From Candidatus Woesearchaeota archaeon (GTDB lineage: Archaea; Nanobdellota; Nanobdellia; Pacearchaeales; UBA284), in contig CAYGZP010000002.1 in assembly GCA_964354405.1 (NCBI GenBank), positions 71,671-135,670 on the forward strand: DNA of 64,000 bases. Direction: 5' to 3'. This document shows positions 47,274 to 56,601 of the stretch, in pieces (positions within the stretch are counted from its first letter, which is position 1; every line of letters starts with the position of its first letter). The translations under genes were made by a program, and so were the position numbers. The notes beneath the pieces were generated by a model, which worked only from the letters and a program-made list of their open reading frames with translations, searched no databases and was not told where the DNA came from.

Positions 47274-47390
47274 ATGAAGCGCTCATCCCGAAGATGGAAA
47301 AAGAAAGGACAGATGAGATGGAAATGGCAGCGCAAGCGCATGAATCGCGAAAAGCGCAAGAGAAAACAGCGCCGAATGGCTGCTGTTTAA
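47274..47390 (+). CDS. rpl41e: 50S ribosomal protein eL41 (38 aa), not in ORF track
   Basis: Translation MKRSSRRWKKKGQMRWKWQRKRMNREKRKRKQRRMAAV, the Arg/Lys-rich eL41 pattern (RWKKK..MRWKW); AAAGAGGAAA SD-like sequence upstream. Confidence 0.65.
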   Translation: MKRSSRRWKKKGQMRWKWQRKRMNREKRKRKQRRMAAV

Positions 47391-47439
47391 AGATAATTAA
47401 TTTCAGATAATTTTAATTCTTAGAAATAAGAAATAAACT

Positions 47440-48840
47440 TTAATCAAAGGCTAATCTTGCTCCGGCTTCCAATCCGCCTTGTGTGGTGCTATACTTATTA
47501 TCACTATCCCATTTGCCTTTTGAAGTTCCTTTCAAGTATAATTTAGTAGATGGGTTTAATTCCCATTCCCCGCCGATATTATACTTTAACTCAGTTCCTT
47601 GCAAGAAACTCTTGAAAGTTTGATCGCCAATATCCTTGGCGCCGACACCATTTGCCCCGCCAAAGCCAAGCAATAATCTTGCTTTGTTTCCGAATCCAAG
47701 ATTCATTTCAGCTGAATTTGTATGAGCCATTCTTAAAATATCATTGCCGCTTCTTCCCTTGAGTTCCAAAGCAAAATTCTTTGAGCGAGTTTGATAATTC
47801 AAGGCAGCTTCGACATAATGTCTAAAAGTCTCATCATTAGTATTGAAATCCACCCCTAGTTTGCCACTTATGACAGGGCCATAATTTCCTAAACTCATCG
47901 CGCCATTTACATAAGGCCCGACCTGCCCAACACCACTTGAATCAATCAAAGCATGCAAACCTCCGCCAATGTTTCTGTTGTAAACCCCAGCATTGCAATC
48001 AATTATTCCTCGGGCGCCATTATGTCCTCTATTTGGCAAAATAAGTCCATAAGCATCAACTGCAAAATTGCCTCTGACATTCTCGCCAATAGTTCTTAAA
48101 TCAAAACCAATATTTCCCGCAACCATGTTTTCATTCTCGTTTCTGTAGAATCCGCCGAAATGTATGTTATCTCCTTTAATATCATTCAACCTGAATAATC
48201 CTTCTTCGCTCGGAGGATATTGAATATGAATAGTGTCTTGGACAATTACAGGCACAGGCCATTTTATCTTCTGGCTGTCTGGCACTGGAACCGGCACTGG
48301 AATTGATACTGGCAACCAGGTTGTGTCTGGTTTGTCAACATAAACTGGCTTTTTGACATATTGAGTGTCCGGAACAACGACTACCGGTGGTTTTGGCCCA
48401 GGAATTGTTCCGCCATGTCCAGTTCTTTTTCCTCTTTTTGGAGGTGCAGGAGTCGCAACAGGAGTTTTGGGTTTTTTGCCGTTGCAGTAATTGAACCAGT
48501 AGCTTCCGTCGTTGCGTTTCATTATGTTTCCATTCGCGATGAAATTTGCAATGCTGTAGCTAGTGTCTATGCCTGTTTTGTTCATAGAATAAATATAATT
48601 GTAAAGATATCTCAAATCATTCTTGACAGATTCTGTATAATTAGCCTCGCCAGCATCGAGCTTTCCATGAATCTTAAGCTGATTTCCTTGAGCATCCACT
48701 TTCTCAACATAACAGGTGTTTTGTACTTGTGCAGGAACTTTTTCAGGAGTTTTAGCTGCTAGAACTGCTGGGAATAAAATTGACCCCACTACAAATGTGC
48801 CTACAGAAATTTTTTCTAAAAGTCCATTATCCTTAGCCAT
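47440..48840 (-). CDS. secreted protein with Pro-rich linker and Gly/Asn-rich beta-rich C-terminal domain
   Basis: 466 aa; signal/TM ISVGTFVVGSILFPAVLAA; PVPVPVPD linker; C-terminal half has alternating amphipathic beta-like segments rich in G/N/Y. Confidence 0.45.
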   Translation of the reverse strand: MAKDNGLLEKISVGTFVVGSILFPAVLAAKTPEKVPAQVQNTCYVEKVDAQGNQLKIHGKLDAGEANYTESVKNDLRYLYNYIYSMNKTGIDTSYSIANFIANGNIMKRNDGSYWFNYCNGKKPKTPVATPAPPKRGKRTGHGGTIPGPKPPVVVVPDTQYVKKPVYVDKPDTTWLPVSIPVPVPVPDSQKIKWPVPVIVQDTIHIQYPPSEEGLFRLNDIKGDNIHFGGFYRNENENMVAGNIGFDLRTIGENVRGNFAVDAYGLILPNRGHNGARGIIDCNAGVYNRNIGGGLHALIDSSGVGQVGPYVNGAMSLGNYGPVISGKLGVDFNTNDETFRHYVEAALNYQTRSKNFALELKGRSGNDILRMAHTNSAEMNLGFGNKARLLLGFGGANGVGAKDIGDQTFKSFLQGTELKYNIGGEWELNPSTKLYLKGTSKGKWDSDNKYSTTQGGLEAGARLAFD

Positions 48841-48972
48841 ATCGATTTCAAGAGGAGCGTATTTATAAATCTTTCGTTATTTATCTACTTAAAAATGACA
48901 AATAAACCCGAGAAACTTTAGAAAGTTATTTATACAGATTTCAATTTTTATTGATGGAGGTTAAGGTTTCAA

Positions 48973-49485
48973 ATGGCAGAAGCTAATTTATTGGTTACTT
49001 TCGATCCAGTGCATCAAGAGAGCGCGAAAAAAGAGATAGATACTTTGATGAAGGAAGTGAAGCAGGAAGGCAAGATAGTCAAGGTTAACGAAGGCATGGC
49101 TCAACTAACAGCCAAAGACGCGAGAAAAGTTGTTGGCGAGCTGTTAAAACTTGCAAAGAAGCAGATAAACAAATTTGCATATACTTTTAATTGGTGGCCT
49201 GTTGACAAATGGTGCAAGGCCGAAGTTAAAGACATGCAGAAAGTTATTGCTGACTTGCAGAAAGGCATAGACAAGAAAGATAAATGGAAGCTTGACTTGG
49301 CAAAGAGAGATACAACAAAAGAATATCCGAAGAATTTGGTCATACAGCTTACAGAAGTGATAGACAAGCCCAATGTTGACTTGAGCAACCCGCACAAAAC
49401 AATCAAGGTTGAGATTATCGGAGACAAGGCCGCTATAGCATTGATAACAGAGGGCGAGGCTCTCAACATTCCTAAGTTAAAGTAA
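48973..49485 (+). CDS. hypothetical protein, possibly THUMP-like RNA-binding
   Basis: 170 aa; NLLVTFDPVHQESAKKEI N-terminus and C-terminal IKVEIIGDKAAIALI weakly resemble the THUMP ferredoxin-like and THUMP modules. Confidence 0.3.
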   Translation: MAEANLLVTFDPVHQESAKKEIDTLMKEVKQEGKIVKVNEGMAQLTAKDARKVVGELLKLAKKQINKFAYTFNWWPVDKWCKAEVKDMQKVIADLQKGIDKKDKWKLDLAKRDTTKEYPKNLVIQLTEVIDKPNVDLSNPHKTIKVEIIGDKAAIALITEGEALNIPKLK

Positions 49486-49675
49486 TTGCAGCCAAGTAGT
49501 CAAACAGATTTTCAGTTTTTCTTAAAATTATTTTTGTTTTCCTAGCTTGCGCTATAAAAAATTATAAAGAATAAAAAATCCTAAAACCGAAAAGCGCGAG
49601 AAACACAGCAAAGTTTATAAATAACTTATTTTTGTAAAAACTAATCATATTAATCTACTTTAATGGAGGTTAAAG

Positions 49676-49831
49676 ATGCCAAAGGAAAAAAAGATTGAAG
49701 AAGAGGAAGAAGATAAGGAAGCCAGTAAAGAGGACAGTGAAGACGAAGAGGACGAAGAATTCAGTGAGGGCGAGGAAGAGGGCAAAGAAGACAAGGAAGA
49801 AGAGGAAGACACTGGCAGCGAGGACTGGTGA
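49676..49831 (+). CDS. small poly-acidic protein (51 aa), not in ORF track
   Basis: ATG preceded by AATGGAGGTTAAAG; translation MPKEKKIEEEEEDKEASKEDSEDEEDEEFSEGEEEGKEDKEEEEDTGSEDW. Confidence 0.35.
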   Translation: MPKEKKIEEEEEDKEASKEDSEDEEDEEFSEGEEEGKEDKEEEEDTGSEDW

Positions 49832-49937
49832 GCGTTTTTTAATTTTTCTATTTCTTTTATTTTTTATTTTAACGATTTTAAAATCAATTGTATGATGTTT
49901 AAAAAAGGTTTAAAAAAGAGGGAGATTTAATCTAATT

Positions 49938-52727
49938 ATGTACGACTTCAAACTAATTGAGCAGGAAGCGAAGAAGATATTGAAAAAGGAAGAAATCAAG
50001 AAAGCTGTGTCTGACGACAAGTCAAGGAAAAAGACATTCAGCTTCCTGGAAGGCCCTCCGACTGCGAACGCGCCCCCTGGATTGCATCATCTCGAGGTTA
50101 GGACATACAAAGACATCATCAACAAGTTCCGATATATGCAGGGGTTCAATGTACCGAGAAAAGCAGGATGGGATTGTCATGGGCTCCCTGTAGAAGTGCA
50201 GATTGAAAAAAAACTGAAGCTCAACAGCAAGAAAGATATCCTGAAACATGGCGAAGCAAAGTTCATCAAAGAATGCCGCGAAAGTGTCTTCTCATATATC
50301 AAGGAATGGAACGCGTCAACAGAAAAACTAGCTTATTGGATTGATTTGGATAATCCTTACATAACTCTGACAAATGAATATATCGAAAGCGTTTGGTGGA
50401 GTCTGAAAGAACTTTACAATAAAAAATTACTTTATGAGGATTTCAAGGTTGTGCCTTTCTGCCCAAGATGCGAGACTCCTCTCTCAAGCCATGAAGTCGC
50501 CCAAGGCTACGAGAAAATCAAGGAAGACTCGGTAGTTTTGAAATTCAAGATTAAAAACAAGGAGGAATATTTCCTTGTATGGACAACAACTCCATGGACC
50601 CTGCTTTCAAATCTCGCAATTGCAGTAAATCCTACAATAGATTATGTTTACGCAGAAGAAGACGGAGTTACATATGTCATCGCTAAAGATCTTGCAAATA
50701 AATTCTTGGAAAATCCCAAGATAAAGAAAAAAGTCAAAGGAAAAGAGCTCCTTGGCATGCGCTACGAGCCCTTGTTCCCTTATTACAAAAACTTGGATGC
50801 TTTCAAAGTCATAGGTGGTGATTTTGTAGCAGTTGACGAGGGAACAGGGTTAGTTCATATGGCTCCTGCATTCGGCGAAGTTGATTATGATGCCTGCAAG
50901 GCTGAGAAACTTCCGTTTGTCCAGCCGATAGATGAAACCGGCCATTTCACTGATGAAGTGGCAGAATATTCAGGCAAATTCATCAAAGATGCAGACAAAG
51001 AGATTATGACAAGGCTCGAGGAAGAACACAAGTTATTCAAAGTCATAAAGTATGAGCACGATTACCCTTTCTGCTGGCGCTGCGATTCACCTTTGATGTA
51101 TTACGCTATCAAGTCATGGTTTGTAAAAGTAACTGCTTACAAAGATAAGTTAGTCAAGCTTAATGAAAAAATAAACTGGGTTCCAAAACACATCAAAGAA
51201 GGAAGATTTGGCGAGTGGCTGAGAAATGTCAAGGACTGGGCATTGTCTCGCAAGAAATTTTGGGGCACACCTCTTCCGATATGGAGATGCAGCTGCGGCA
51301 ACGAAGAAATCATCGGTTCGATAGAAGAACTGAAAAAAAATTCTGTGAAAAAACTTAATGATAAAGAAATCGATCTGCACAAGCCATGGATTGATTCAGT
51401 AAAAATAAAATGCAAGAAGTGCGGCGAAGAAATGTCAAGAGTCTCGGATGTGATAGATTGCTGGTATGACTCAGGCTCGTCAGCTTTCGCACAGTTCCAT
51501 TATCCTTTTGAAAATAAAGCCGAGTTCAAGAAAAGATTTCCTTATGACTTTATCGCAGAAGCAATTGACCAAACGCGCGGATGGTTCTACACATTACATG
51601 TCTTAGGAACTTTGCTCTTCGATGATATCGCATACAAGAATGTCATATGTGCCGGCCATATAGTTGATGAAAAAGGTGAGAAGATGAGCAAGAGCAAGGG
51701 AAACATCTTAGATTCCAACAAAGTTCTCGAGACCATAGGGGTTGATGCCACGCGATTACAATTCTGTATTGTTGATATAGGAAGTTCAAAGAGATTTGGG
51801 ATAAACATGGTTAAAGAAACTGTGCTGCCTTTCTTGAACATTCTATGGAACACTTATCAGTATTACAAACAGCTCAATGTTACTGAGAAAGCCCAAGTAA
51901 AGGCAGAAGACAAGTGGATTTTATCAAGGTTGAACTCAGTAATAAAGGAATCCACAGAAGCTTTGGAGAAATATTACATTGAGAAGGGTTTGTTGCCGGT
52001 GATGGATTTTGTATCAAATGATTTTTCAAGAACCTATATCAAGATGGTAAGAGAAAGAAACGATGAGAATGTTAAACATGTTATAATCGAAATTCTTGAC
52101 AAAGTCTCAAGATTATTGGCTCCTTACGCTCCAGACATATCAGAAGTCATCCACAAGGACTTTGGCAAAGGCTCTGTTCACATGAGCGAGTGGCCGAAAG
52201 TCAATGAAAAAGCAATTGACACAAAACTTGAACAAGAATTCTCGGCAGCGCTTCAGATAATCGAGAAAGCTCTCGCGCTACGCTCAGCAGCAGGCATAGG
52301 AGTGCGCTGGCCTTTAGCATCAGTCACAGTAAAAGCAGAGCAAAAGTTGAGCAAAGAGCTCGAGGAGATAATTTTAAGGCAAGTAAATGTCAAGAAACTT
52401 GTGTTCAAGCAGGAGAAAGGCAAGTTAGATGTTGCTTTGGACACTAAACTTACAAGTGAACTTGAAACAGAAGGCTATGCGCGCGAGTTGACAAGAGCAA
52501 TCCAAGAGACAAGGAAGAAAGCTGGCTTGAAAAAAGAGCAAATCATCTCTCTTTCGTTGGAATTGGATAAAATTTTGGAAAATTCTGTGAAAAAATTTGA
52601 AAAAGCAATAAAAGAAAAAGTAAATGCTAAAGAAATTTTAATAAATTCAAAAAAAGGTAAATATCATCACGTTTACGACGACAAAATCAAAGATAAAAAG
52701 ATAAGAATATCTTTTGATGTGGTGTGA
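49938..52727 (+). CDS. ileS: isoleucyl-tRNA synthetase
   Basis: 929 aa; PPTANAPPGLHH (HIGH-like), GWDCHGLPVE, zinc knuckles CPRCETP/CWRCDSP, KMSKSKGN. Confidence 0.85.
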   Translation: MYDFKLIEQEAKKILKKEEIKKAVSDDKSRKKTFSFLEGPPTANAPPGLHHLEVRTYKDIINKFRYMQGFNVPRKAGWDCHGLPVEVQIEKKLKLNSKKDILKHGEAKFIKECRESVFSYIKEWNASTEKLAYWIDLDNPYITLTNEYIESVWWSLKELYNKKLLYEDFKVVPFCPRCETPLSSHEVAQGYEKIKEDSVVLKFKIKNKEEYFLVWTTTPWTLLSNLAIAVNPTIDYVYAEEDGVTYVIAKDLANKFLENPKIKKKVKGKELLGMRYEPLFPYYKNLDAFKVIGGDFVAVDEGTGLVHMAPAFGEVDYDACKAEKLPFVQPIDETGHFTDEVAEYSGKFIKDADKEIMTRLEEEHKLFKVIKYEHDYPFCWRCDSPLMYYAIKSWFVKVTAYKDKLVKLNEKINWVPKHIKEGRFGEWLRNVKDWALSRKKFWGTPLPIWRCSCGNEEIIGSIEELKKNSVKKLNDKEIDLHKPWIDSVKIKCKKCGEEMSRVSDVIDCWYDSGSSAFAQFHYPFENKAEFKKRFPYDFIAEAIDQTRGWFYTLHVLGTLLFDDIAYKNVICAGHIVDEKGEKMSKSKGNILDSNKVLETIGVDATRLQFCIVDIGSSKRFGINMVKETVLPFLNILWNTYQYYKQLNVTEKAQVKAEDKWILSRLNSVIKESTEALEKYYIEKGLLPVMDFVSNDFSRTYIKMVRERNDENVKHVIIEILDKVSRLLAPYAPDISEVIHKDFGKGSVHMSEWPKVNEKAIDTKLEQEFSAALQIIEKALALRSAAGIGVRWPLASVTVKAEQKLSKELEEIILRQVNVKKLVFKQEKGKLDVALDTKLTSELETEGYARELTRAIQETRKKAGLKKEQIISLSLELDKILENSVKKFEKAIKEKVNAKEILINSKKGKYHHVYDDKIKDKKIRISFDVV

Positions 52728-52850
52728 TTGGAATATCTACAATTTTAATATAATATCGGTAAAGATATGGATAAATTATAGAAAGCTTTATATACCACTT
52801 CGGGCTAAATACAATAAAGCATACATAATTGCTATGCTAAAGTAAATAAA

Positions 52851-53666
52851 ATGATTGTTAAAGAAGAGTTTTTGGGCAGATTAAGAAAGATTTTTGGTTT
52901 GAATCTGTACGAAGTGAAGGTGTGGACAGCTCTACTTTCTCGAGGTGTTTCTACAGCAGGCGAACTAAGCGACATTTCTTCAGTCCCAAGATCAAGAACA
53001 TATGATATCTTGGAGAGTTTGGAGAAGAAAGGTTTTGTCATCATGAAACTCGGCAAGCCGATAAAGTTCGTGGCATTGAAACCAGAGGAAGTTGTAGAGC
53101 GAGTGAAAAGAAATGTAGTGAGAGATGCTCAAGACATGTCTAAGAGACTCGAAGAATTGAAGGGCAGTGATGTCTTGGAAGAATTGACAACATTGCACAC
53201 AACCGGAATCAAATACATCGAGCCAACAGATTTGTCAGGGGCAGTCAGAGGCAGAAACAACATCTACAACCACATGGACATGATGATAAGAGGCGCAAAC
53301 AAACATGTAACAATAGCGACGACAGCAGAAGGGCTCGGCAGAAAATTCGAATCATTGAAATCAGCAATTGAAAAAGCCAAGAAAAAAGGTGTAAGCGTGA
53401 GAATTGCAGCTCCGGTGACTCCAAAGAATTACAGTGTCGCGAAAGAATTGAACAAAATCGCAGAAGTGAGAAGCGGCAAGATAAAATCAAGGTTCACAAT
53501 GATTGACGGAAAAGAGCTGATGTTCTTGTTGCTCGACGATGAGGATGTCCATCCCAACTATGATGTTGGTGTATGGGTCAACAGCCCATTTTTCGCGAGC
53601 GCATTAGGACAGATATTCGAGCACAGCTGGGACAAGATGACACCTTTGAACAAAGTCAAAGTATAA
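52851..53666 (+). CDS. TrmB-family transcriptional regulator
   Basis: 271 aa; N-terminal winged HTH LNLYEVKVWTALLSRGVSTAGELSDISSVPRSRTYDILESLEKKGFV, as in the TrmB family. Confidence 0.7.
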   Translation: MIVKEEFLGRLRKIFGLNLYEVKVWTALLSRGVSTAGELSDISSVPRSRTYDILESLEKKGFVIMKLGKPIKFVALKPEEVVERVKRNVVRDAQDMSKRLEELKGSDVLEELTTLHTTGIKYIEPTDLSGAVRGRNNIYNHMDMMIRGANKHVTIATTAEGLGRKFESLKSAIEKAKKKGVSVRIAAPVTPKNYSVAKELNKIAEVRSGKIKSRFTMIDGKELMFLLLDDEDVHPNYDVGVWVNSPFFASALGQIFEHSWDKMTPLNKVKV

Positions 53667-53818
53667 ACTCAAATTTGTTATAATTTGTTAGCTGCTCAGA
53701 ACAAAAAAAGAGGCAAAAGGTAATTTTCTTATTTTTTCCTATCTTTCATAGCTTTCTCTATCTCGTTTATTCTTAACTTTTACGTAAAATATATAAATAT
53801 TAAATCTATCTCTCTGTT

Positions 53819-54775
53819 ATGAAATTCAAAAAAATTGTTTTGCTTGATTTTGAGAAATCTATTCTTGAAAGAGAATATTTAGATAAACTTTCTAAATTGG
53901 CAGAGACGGTTAATATAGTTGAAGAAAAAGAGGAAAATAAGTTAAATAAAATCAAAGATGCTGATGTTTTGCTTATAAGACTTACTACAGTTATAAACAA
54001 GAATATTATTGATAATTGTCCCAATTTAAAGTATATAGGAGTATTTGCTACAGATTTTTCAAACACAGACATACAGTATGCAAAACAAAAAGGGATTGTG
54101 GTTACAAACTTAGCAGGCTATAGCACAGAAGCTGTTGCAGAATTTGTTTTCGCTGCTTTATTGGAATATGTCAGAGAGCTCGAAAGAGCAAAGAATAATG
54201 CACGTAGAGGGGATTTTTCTTTCAAAGATTTTCTTAGTTGGGAGCTTAAAGGAAAAAAATTTGGTGTACTTGGGTTGGGAAACATTGGAAAAAGAGTTTC
54301 TGAAATAGCTCATGGTTTCGGCTTGGATGTTAGATACTGGTCAAGAAACAGAAAACCTGAATACGAAGCTAAAGGTATAAAATACGACGAGCTAGATAAA
54401 ATTTTAGACAGTGATATTATTGCGATTCACTTAGCAAAAAATAAAGAAACAGAAGGCATATTAGACAAAGAAAGATTAGATAAAATAAAGGAAGGCGCAA
54501 TTATTATTTGTCTAACTTCTCTATTACTCACAGATATTGATTATTTGATTGAATTATTAAAGAAAAATAAATTTGTTCTTATAACTGATTACATTGATGA
54601 TTACTTAGAATTGTTGCCCGAAGATGAGAAAAAAGAAATTCAAAATCTTTCTAATTTAGTAATATATCCCCCAGTAGCTTTCAGAACAAAAGAAGCATTA
54701 AAAAGGCAAAGAGAGCTGCTAATTGACAACTTAACAAAATTTTCAGATGGAATTCTACAAAACAAGGTAAATTAA
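53819..54775 (+). CDS. D-isomer-specific 2-hydroxyacid dehydrogenase (NAD-binding)
   Basis: 318 aa; Rossmann GVLGLGNIGKRVSEIAHGFG and the catalytic-domain arrangement of the D-2-hydroxyacid DH family. Confidence 0.7.
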   Translation: MKFKKIVLLDFEKSILEREYLDKLSKLAETVNIVEEKEENKLNKIKDADVLLIRLTTVINKNIIDNCPNLKYIGVFATDFSNTDIQYAKQKGIVVTNLAGYSTEAVAEFVFAALLEYVRELERAKNNARRGDFSFKDFLSWELKGKKFGVLGLGNIGKRVSEIAHGFGLDVRYWSRNRKPEYEAKGIKYDELDKILDSDIIAIHLAKNKETEGILDKERLDKIKEGAIIICLTSLLLTDIDYLIELLKKNKFVLITDYIDDYLELLPEDEKKEIQNLSNLVIYPPVAFRTKEALKRQRELLIDNLTKFSDGILQNKVN

Positions 54776-54798
54776 CTAAATCTTATTTTTATTTATTT

Positions 54799-56103
54799 TT
54801 AATAGCCTTTCTCTATGCAAACTCGAGCAATCAGATAATGGAAAGCAGCTTTCTCAACAACAACATCAAGAGTTTTGCCAAGTAAATTTTCCTTGCTTTT
54901 GACAACAACAAGTTTATAATTTTCATCTCTTGCCAACCAAGAATCTGCGAAGCTGCGGGAGTCCACAAGAACTTTCATTCTCTTTCCGATATATTTTTTG
55001 TTCTTCTCAATGCAAATCCCGTTATGCAGTCTTATAATCTCAATTGCTCTTTTCTTTTTTTCAGCATCACTCACTTGATGAGGCATAGTCGCTGCTTTAG
55101 TCTCTGGCATGGGCCAAAACTTCGAGATATTAAAAATCTCAGGATTTATTTTCCCAATCAATGCTAAAGTTTTATTGAAATCTTCGCGAGTCTCGCCTGG
55201 AAAACCAACAATCACATCAGTGCTCAGTGTCCCTTGAGGGAATTTTTTCCTGAATTTATTGACAATGAGCAAGAAATCCCGAACTTTATACTTCCGATTC
55301 ATTAACTTTAACACTTTGTCCGAGCCGCTCTGAACAGGCAGATGCAAAAACTTGAACATCTTCTCGTTTTTGTAACACTCTAACATCTCATTCAAGATTG
55401 GAGCAAGAGACGAAGGATGCATCATGCCCACCCGCACAAAAAACTTTGATTTTTTTCCTTTTAATTTAAAAATATCTTTCAACAACACTGGCAGCTCATG
55501 TTTTTTCCTGTCCCATCCATAACAAGCATTATCCTGAGAAGTGAGCCAAATCTCCTTGCATCCCGAATCCAAAGCATGCTTGACATCTTTAATCACAAGT
55601 TCGCGTGGATACGAGAACAGAGAACCTTTAACAAGTCTAACAATGCAATAAGCGCAATTATGAACACAGCCATGAGCAACTTGAGTTATTCCAATTGCTT
55701 TTTGCTGAGGAACTCGCGGTAAATTTAATTTTATCTCTTGCGATTTGCCAATCAACTCAACCCTCTTTCCTTCAAGAACATCTTTCACAGCTCTCGCAAT
55801 CTCACGAATATGATGAACACTGACAAAAGAAGCCCGCGGTGCAAGCTTTTTGATGCGATTTGACAGAACCTCCGGCATGCAGCCCGCAACTATTAATTTT
55901 CTTGAAGAAAAATGTTTAATCCTCGTCTCGATTTTTTTTATAGTCGGCTCTTTCACAATACAGGTGTTGACAATCACAACATCCGCAATTTTTTCATTAG
56001 TCACAATATTAAACCCCCTATTGACAAGAATCCCTTTGATTATCTCAGCATTGCTAAGATTCGCCGAGCATCCATAGCTTTCAACATAAACATTGTATGG
56101 CAT
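54799..56103 (-). CDS. MiaB/MtaB-family radical SAM methylthiotransferase
   Basis: 434 aa; N-terminal MTTase domain cysteines (YGCSANL, VNTCIV, VAGCM), radical SAM CVHNCAYC, C-terminal TRAM-like region. Confidence 0.8.
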   Translation of the reverse strand: MPYNVYVESYGCSANLSNAEIIKGILVNRGFNIVTNEKIADVVIVNTCIVKEPTIKKIETRIKHFSSRKLIVAGCMPEVLSNRIKKLAPRASFVSVHHIREIARAVKDVLEGKRVELIGKSQEIKLNLPRVPQQKAIGITQVAHGCVHNCAYCIVRLVKGSLFSYPRELVIKDVKHALDSGCKEIWLTSQDNACYGWDRKKHELPVLLKDIFKLKGKKSKFFVRVGMMHPSSLAPILNEMLECYKNEKMFKFLHLPVQSGSDKVLKLMNRKYKVRDFLLIVNKFRKKFPQGTLSTDVIVGFPGETREDFNKTLALIGKINPEIFNISKFWPMPETKAATMPHQVSDAEKKKRAIEIIRLHNGICIEKNKKYIGKRMKVLVDSRSFADSWLARDENYKLVVVKSKENLLGKTLDVVVEKAAFHYLIARVCIEKGY

Positions 56104-56154
56104 AAAACAACAAGAAAACGGTTATTTTTTAATCTATCTTTTTTAAGTTTTAAA

Positions 56155-56535
56155 TTAAATCTCTTTTTCAAACTTTATTATTTGCTTTTTAACATAATAT
56201 TTTGTGCCTTCATAAATAATTCCCCCATATTTTTCCTTGAAAGAGCCAAAATTCTTATCGAGTCGTTCTTTCGCCCCTGCCTCACTGAAAAGCCCAAAAA
56301 ACTCATCGTTTATTAAAAAATCTAAAGTTCTTTTATCAAAATTTCTTACCCTGGTGGGGATTTTTTCTTTATATTTGGGATTAGTTCTTACCCAGTTAGT
56401 TAAGCATTGGGGGTGGTATCCTAAGATAGCCATATATCTCTTTCTAGAGATGCCATGTAAAATAACAATATAATTTCCATCAGCAATATCATAGTGATTT
56501 TTAATCCTCAACAAACGCAATTCTTCCTCTGTCAT
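56155..56535 (-). CDS. hypothetical protein (126 aa)
   Basis: Intact ORF divergent from the 56602..57741 ORF. Confidence 0.35.
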   Translation of the reverse strand: MTEEELRLLRIKNHYDIADGNYIVILHGISRKRYMAILGYHPQCLTNWVRTNPKYKEKIPTRVRNFDKRTLDFLINDEFFGLFSEAGAKERLDKNFGSFKEKYGGIIYEGTKYYVKKQIIKFEKEI

Positions 56536-56601
56536 TTTTAATTTAAGCGCAACTTATATTTTTAAATTTTAAAGTGCTAAAAACATCATATTAAAGAATA
56601 T

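Noticed and set aside
49695-49895. Track ORF encoding a poly-Lys/Arg peptide (TTG start)
   Set aside because: It has a non-ATG start, no SD, and derives from the purine-rich tract in an alternative frame. The ATG+SD acidic frame (49676-49831) is the better candidate, though both remain unproven.
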